This document shows, one piece after another, positions 58,734 through 64,000 of a stretch of 64,000 bases of DNA (position 1 is its first letter; every line of letters starts with the position of its first letter). The stretch is taken from positions 32,001-96,000 of IMG/VR virus record IMGVR_UViG_3300037067_022526. The stretch is one strand, 5' to 3'. This stretch comes from a virus. Lineage: Duplodnaviria; Caudoviricetes. Below the pieces are notes generated by a model. It was not told the origin of the DNA and ran no database searches. It saw nothing but the letters and a program-made list of their open reading frames with translations. The position numbers were made by a program, and so were the translations under genes.

Positions 58734-59078
58734 TTATATTTTAGCGAATTCTGCTCTGAAAAGCAACTTCATTTCGCTTAATAGGACAATTTTATACAAA
58801 TGTTTAACTTTATAAATATACCAGTGTAAATCTGGAAATTTGTAAACTGCTCCTACGTTTAGTTCTTCGGGCTCAATTACGCCAGAAGTGATTATCTGCC
58901 AGTCTCTCCATTTGAGATCAAATTTTGACTCATGTTTTCGCATTTTTTCGGCTGCCCAATCCATCATTCTTTGCTCGGCGGTTTTTTCCTGCCTAACTTC
59001 TTTGGGGTCTAGAATATATATTGGCTCTCGCCTTTTTTGTAGTTCCTTCTCATTGGGTATATTATTTTTTTTTGACAT
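58734..59078 (-). CDS. Hypothetical protein
   Basis: AAGGA RBS. Confidence 0.55.
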   Translation of the reverse strand: MSKKNNIPNEKELQKRREPIYILDPKEVRQEKTAEQRMMDWAAEKMRKHESKFDLKWRDWQIITSGVIEPEELNVGAVYKFPDLHWYIYKVKHLYKIVLLSEMKLLFRAEFAKI

Positions 59079-59148
59079 AGAAGTTCCTTTTGTCTATATT
59101 ATACAATGCATTAGGTATAATATACTTATCAAAATAAGGAGATACAAT

Positions 59149-59571
59149 ATTCCCACATATGAGTATATATGCGATAAGTGCGGCCATTCCGAGGATATAA
59201 TTCATGCCATGTCGGACGTATCATTGCGAGATTGTCCGGAATGTGCCCACAACATGTCAAAACAGATAGGGATTGGGTATATAGCATCAAAGGGATTCAA
59301 GCCAACCCTCGCGGATATCAGAGAGGACAATCATTCTAAGAAAGTTAGTGATAAGGATCGAGCAATTAAAATGAGAAAGCGAGCATTTGGCCACGAGGCA
59401 GTGGGGGATCCTGTTTATACTCCCGACCCAAAACACATTGTCAAAAAGGGCAGAGTTCTTGGTGGACAGGATAAAGAAGTGGATAAACAGGAATTTATAA
59501 AATCAGCCGCCAAAGACCCTCTAATGGTTAAATTGGCAGAGGATGCCCTGAAACGAAGTTCTCAAAAATAG
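59149..59571 (+). CDS. FmdB-family zinc-ribbon protein with probable ATT start
   Basis: xPTYEYICDKCG...CPEC; AGGAG 7 nt before ATT. Confidence 0.75.
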   Translation: MPTYEYICDKCGHSEDIIHAMSDVSLRDCPECAHNMSKQIGIGYIASKGFKPTLADIREDNHSKKVSDKDRAIKMRKRAFGHEAVGDPVYTPDPKHIVKKGRVLGGQDKEVDKQEFIKSAAKDPLMVKLAEDALKRSSQK

Positions 59572-59582
59572 TAGGAAGTTTT

Positions 59583-61388
59583 ATGCATAACCGAACATTT
59601 TACGGCAAAAAGGTATGTATTATCATACCGTGTATGAACAGAATAGAAATCCTAATGCATACCCTTCCAAGGTGGCTAGAACAAATTTACGGGTCATACC
59701 AACTTATTATAGTAGATTATAGCTCACACCAAGAAATATATGGAGATATCCGCAAAATATGTTCTAGATACCAATGTGAGATAGATTATAATAATCCCAA
59801 ATCAGATAAAAAGGTAAATGTTATACGAATTAATAGAATGTCAAATTTTAATATGAGTCATGCTATTAATATCGGAATTAGAAATTCATCATCTGAAATA
59901 ATAAGCATAGCCGGATGTGAGACATCTCCTGCTCCTTTCTACCTTGAGTCTGTCATGATGACAGTAGACCATAATATATTTACAAGATGTCAGTTCGGAC
60001 GTTTATCTTTTCCTCGAAATGCGATTGAAGAAATTAATGGGTATCCCGAATTATTCGAATACTGGGGAGCAGAAGATGACATTGTGTCTAAATGCCTTGT
60101 CGTTAAAGGTATGTTTCTTCATGATTTAGACCCAATTTTGGCAGACAATATTTCACACCATGATTTTTCGTCTATTATCGGGGATCAATATAATAAATTC
60201 TCCCGCAATTATAATAGAGGCAGAATAGAAACAAAAACGGGATCTATCATCAATTTACAGAGATATTATTCATACCGACGACGCCATGGAATAATTAATA
60301 ACTATGGAAAAGCATATGGGGCAGACAAACCCATACTTGCAGATCCGTCTGAACAGGATGATACACCAATTGAATCAACTGTTGTTCCATCTAGAAAATC
60401 ATACATTGGGGCGCGGTTGGCTGTTGTTATTCCATGCATGAACAGGTTGGACAACTTATCTGTCACACTGCCCATGTGGTTTGAACAAGTCTATCATAAC
60501 AAGCAGATTGTCATTATTGACTATAACTCTGATATTCCAATATATAAAACAATCGAATCTATATGTGATTTGCATAAAAAAAGATTGTCATATAACAAAT
60601 TTGATTATGATGCTGATTGTGTTTTGTTTAGAATTAATGGTACTAAGTACTTCAATATTAGCCACGCATACAATTATTGCATATCTAAAATCTCATGTGA
60701 CATTATATCTACAACATGTGCCGATTCGTGCCCAAGGGACTATTATCTAGATTGTTGCGCCAACTTGATTGATGACCACCATTACACGCAATGTTACTGG
60801 GGATTACATACAATCACATATGAAAATTGGAAAAAGATTAATGGGCATCAAGAGATTATTGTTGGGTATGGAGTCGAAGATGAGGACTTTTCAACCAGAG
60901 CATCACTTATGGGTCTCTACCAAATAATATTGCCAGAACATTTGATTTTTAATATTCCCAACAATCCTGATACGCAGGGTGAAAACTACGAATTGAAAAA
61001 CATAAAGAATAGTGAAATAGTGAATCGAGCAAGATTGTATGAGTATATAGGAAAATTCGGATATACCGCCAATTATGGTTTGCCCATAGGAAATGATCAT
61101 CCAATTGATTTTGTTCCATTTGATCCGATTTCAGAGAAAAACCTAATTAAATTATCCGTGTGTTCTACTGATTCACTAGACAAATCCAACCCTCCTGACG
61201 GTATTTCATATAGTGAAATATATGATGTTTTTTACACATTCACAAAAGATTGGTTTGATTGGACATTGATTTGTGAAGTCAAAAAATCACAGATTTTTGT
61301 CCTGCCAAATAAGGACGAGAATATAGATAAATACCTGTTTATTTTATCTCAGAAAATAGCAAGAACTCAACAGGAGTTAATTCCTTGA
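59583..61388 (+). CDS. Glycosyltransferase with two tandem GT2/GT7-like domains
   Basis: Duplicated IPCMNR...DY(S/N)S...FN(M/I)SHA.N...ING..E...G.E.(D/E)D. Confidence 0.8.
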   Translation: MHNRTFYGKKVCIIIPCMNRIEILMHTLPRWLEQIYGSYQLIIVDYSSHQEIYGDIRKICSRYQCEIDYNNPKSDKKVNVIRINRMSNFNMSHAINIGIRNSSSEIISIAGCETSPAPFYLESVMMTVDHNIFTRCQFGRLSFPRNAIEEINGYPELFEYWGAEDDIVSKCLVVKGMFLHDLDPILADNISHHDFSSIIGDQYNKFSRNYNRGRIETKTGSIINLQRYYSYRRRHGIINNYGKAYGADKPILADPSEQDDTPIESTVVPSRKSYIGARLAVVIPCMNRLDNLSVTLPMWFEQVYHNKQIVIIDYNSDIPIYKTIESICDLHKKRLSYNKFDYDADCVLFRINGTKYFNISHAYNYCISKISCDIISTTCADSCPRDYYLDCCANLIDDHHYTQCYWGLHTITYENWKKINGHQEIIVGYGVEDEDFSTRASLMGLYQIILPEHLIFNIPNNPDTQGENYELKNIKNSEIVNRARLYEYIGKFGYTANYGLPIGNDHPIDFVPFDPISEKNLIKLSVCSTDSLDKSNPPDGISYSEIYDVFYTFTKDWFDWTLICEVKKSQIFVLPNKDENIDKYLFILSQKIARTQQELIP

Positions 61389-62113
61389 AAAAGTCTAACG
61401 TTTTAGTAGTGACGATGACTCATTCGAAACGACTGGAACATCTTCCTACAATTTTGCGGGAACTTAAAGAACAAACTTATTGTTGCGATTATTGCGTCTG
61501 GAACAACAGTGAACACAATATATTCTTCGACAATATAAGGGTTTTTCGTGGATTCAACGATCTCAACCCGATGCAGCGATTTGTGCCTGCCGTTATATCA
61601 GACTATGAGTATATTTTTTATTGTGATGATGATATTCGAGTGGGAAAACAATTTGTTGAATTTGCAATTTCATATTTATCCAATAGAAACTCGACAATTT
61701 TAGTAGCGGGTGGCAGCTTGATACTCAGGCCAACCGATGATGGCGGGTTTCAAAGAGATGAACATTGGGGAGTTTCAGAACTAAACAATAAAGAAATTCT
61801 AGTTGATATTGGTGCATCAGGATCGGTATTTTGCAAATCTAATTTGTTAAGGCCGGTTTTTATGGTACATATTCCATATGAAATTATGAGCACTGATATT
61901 GCAATGTCTGTTGCACATCATTTATATAACCATGGCGATCTAATAATACCTCCCCATGATGGTGATTCGACTCGTATGATAGAAAATTTTCATCCGTGGC
62001 ATTCAACCGGCAAGAACTCATCTCCTAATTTCACCAGTACTAAAAACGGTTTATTGCGGTATATTATTCAGACCACAAAATGGATTCCCCCATCATGGCA
62101 ACGAAAGCAGTAA
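61385..62113 (+). CDS. GT-A fold glycosyltransferase
   Basis: YIFYCDDDI DxD motif. Confidence 0.65.
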   Translation: MKKSNVLVVTMTHSKRLEHLPTILRELKEQTYCCDYCVWNNSEHNIFFDNIRVFRGFNDLNPMQRFVPAVISDYEYIFYCDDDIRVGKQFVEFAISYLSNRNSTILVAGGSLILRPTDDGGFQRDEHWGVSELNNKEILVDIGASGSVFCKSNLLRPVFMVHIPYEIMSTDIAMSVAHHLYNHGDLIIPPHDGDSTRMIENFHPWHSTGKNSSPNFTSTKNGLLRYIIQTTKWIPPSWQRKQ

Positions 62114-63048
62114 TTCTTCATTATGGTAGCAATGATTTTTCCGATGTATATCAGAATGCGTCTAGAATTTTAGATGAAGAATACAACATTCGATCTGTCT
62201 GTGCGCTAGATAATAAATCATTGGTTTCTCAGGTTAAGAATTTTCAAAAGAAATATCAGAAAGTATTGCTGGTTAGCCATGATTTGCTACCGTTTGACAC
62301 ACTGAAAGAATGTTTATTCGAGAATGTATATTATTTTGGTGGCCAAACTCTTTCAAAGCGACATCAGATCCAAACGCTTCGATCGTATAAAATAAATGTT
62401 CCAGAAGATATAGCATTTCCATCTGATATTAAAGATGTTTTTAGTAAACTCGGTAATCATGTAATTGCCGGTCCAGACACTTACGCGGCGTCATCTAACC
62501 AACTAATCAATTTTTTAGTGTATGACCCAGTAAAAAATAAGATAAAATACAAAAGGGCAGGGGATGATGACAACTCTGTTATGTTCGGAAAGTTTCATGA
62601 AATGTATTCATATGAATTCACTAATTGGAATAGATATTATTACACTAAATATGTTGGATCATCTGGTCCAATATATTGGCGGGCTAAAATTGAATCAATA
62701 TTCGGCGAATATATTATGGGGTATGTCATGGAATCGCATGAGAATGCTCCGTCGGCACCTTTTATTAGGCTCAACGAATCAATTATTACAGAGCCAACAG
62801 AAACAATGATCTCTCTGGGAAAGAAAATATCTTCTATAATGGCAACCGAACATCAATGTGGATTTATCAGTGTTGACATGGTATTGGATTGCCCGCCAAC
62901 ATTGGCCACCGAATCCAATATATTCGTTGTTGAGACTAATTTAATGTTGGTCGGACTTTACTACAATCCGTTTAAAGTCAATCGCAGCAATGGAATTGCA
63001 CTGGGATGCTACAACTTTTTAGAAAACCATATGAATTGCCCTGTATGA
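62080..63048 (+). CDS. Possible ATP-grasp-like protein
   Basis: C-terminal FISVDMV...FVVETN. Confidence 0.4.
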   Translation: MDSPIMATKAVILHYGSNDFSDVYQNASRILDEEYNIRSVCALDNKSLVSQVKNFQKKYQKVLLVSHDLLPFDTLKECLFENVYYFGGQTLSKRHQIQTLRSYKINVPEDIAFPSDIKDVFSKLGNHVIAGPDTYAASSNQLINFLVYDPVKNKIKYKRAGDDDNSVMFGKFHEMYSYEFTNWNRYYYTKYVGSSGPIYWRAKIESIFGEYIMGYVMESHENAPSAPFIRLNESIITEPTETMISLGKKISSIMATEHQCGFISVDMVLDCPPTLATESNIFVVETNLMLVGLYYNPFKVNRSNGIALGCYNFLENHMNCPV

Positions 63049-64000
63049 TTTATTATGCAAATAGAGATCCAGTCCAATATTTACAAAATAAGCCCGATTT
63101 GATTGACCACTCTATAATTTCGGTTGCTGGTGGGATGGGATATATTCACTTTTTGAATGAACATACTCAAAACCTGTTAGTGGTAGACAGAGACCAGCAA
63201 AACCTTGATTATAATCAACATATATGTGAATTAATACAGAATTCTAGTTCTCTTCAGGAATTTTGTACAACTATACGAGCACAGCAGCAAAATAGTGGTA
63301 TTAAAATATATTATGACTGCAACACAGACGTAACGCAACAACTAATGAGTTATCATTGGTATTTTGGGACCAATCATCCGTATTCTGCTTTTTATGATGA
63401 GAATTCTTTTGTTAAAATGAAAAGAAAAATTACATTGGCCAGATTCATATTAGCAGATTTGTCAAAGATTAATTATTCTCACTGGCAAAGGAATGCAACA
63501 TATGTATATGTTTCTAATGCAGATTGGAATATCTACAATAAATCTGATGGTATTTTACATCAAATTATTTCAAGCATGAAAATGAATTCTATTATATATT
63601 ATCGATCTTGGTATCGGTCTCTTACTCTCAGGCCCGGAATGCACCACATAGATGCTGCCGCAAAGTTAATACCGTATACGACCAATAGATCTATTACAGA
63701 AATCAAAACACATAACGGATATACATTTAAGACTGGCGAGTTACACGAAAAATCCAAGCGCATTTTGTGTTTCAACGAGCAGCCTACCCAGTCTGGAATA
63801 TGTGATTGTTTATTATATCACATTTCATTGGATAAATCTGACGATTATGAATTGGTTATTAAGAGCTATTTCAATGATATATTGGGATCCTATAAAAGAA
63901 TTATCATATTAGATCACAGCAGCAATGCCAGTGAAATTCAGTGGATAAAATATCTCAAAGATATTAATTTCCACTACTCATATCAATTATGTGGAATTGA
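63045..64000 (+). CDS. Partial ORF, possibly SAM-binding fold (runs off the window end)
   Basis: ATGA-coupled open frame; ISVAGGMG...VVDRD. Confidence 0.5.
   Translation, partial: MIYYANRDPVQYLQNKPDLIDHSIISVAGGMGYIHFLNEHTQNLLVVDRDQQNLDYNQHICELIQNSSSLQEFCTTIRAQQQNSGIKIYYDCNTDVTQQLMSYHWYFGTNHPYSAFYDENSFVKMKRKITLARFILADLSKINYSHWQRNATYVYVSNADWNIYNKSDGILHQIISSMKMNSIIYYRSWYRSLTLRPGMHHIDAAAKLIPYTTNRSITEIKTHNGYTFKTGELHEKSKRILCFNEQPTQSGICDCLLYHISLDKSDDYELVIKSYFNDILGSYKRIIILDHSSNASEIQWIKYLKDINFHYSYQLCGI

Noticed and set aside
58888-59148. N-terminal extension of the FmdB-like ORF
   Set aside because: Overlaps a minus-strand gene; the family motif and RBS point to 59149
1-64000. Alternative genetic code, tRNA or rRNA genes
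   Set aside because: Long ORFs are intact under code 11 with all three stop codons used; no tRNA or rRNA recognised by eye (tRNAscan not run)

Overview
AT-rich segment of a large tailed (jumbo-type) phage genome; the host cannot be identified from this window. 1-29.7 kb is a head morphogenesis module: several virion proteins sharing a K-x-A motif, a portal gene split by six LAGLIDADG inteins and ending in a Vsr/DUF559-like nuclease domain, an IsrB/omegaRNA element, a prohead protease with an Ala-start mini-intein, a 1796-aa scaffold-like protein, a decoration protein and the major capsid protein. A Hef-like endonuclease and a DNA methyltransferase follow. 32.9-39.9 kb is a minus-strand type I-C-like CRISPR-Cas interference locus (cas5-cas8c/cas11-cas7-array-cas3-array, no cas1/2/4 in the window) with 36-bp repeats and 29-30-bp spacers. 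Repeat copies are reused outside the arrays: one contains the cas3 RBS and start codon, and solitary repeats sit directly behind consensus sigma70 promoters on both sides of an unusual terminase-ATPase/ribbon-helix-helix gene. The oldest spacer of array 1 matches the neighbouring methyltransferase gene at 24/29 nt. 41-64 kb holds small hypothetical genes, DUF4419, a second MTase, KamA with a GC-rich patch, an ABC-type ATPase and a glycosyltransferase cluster. All family calls come from motifs read by eye, not from database searches.
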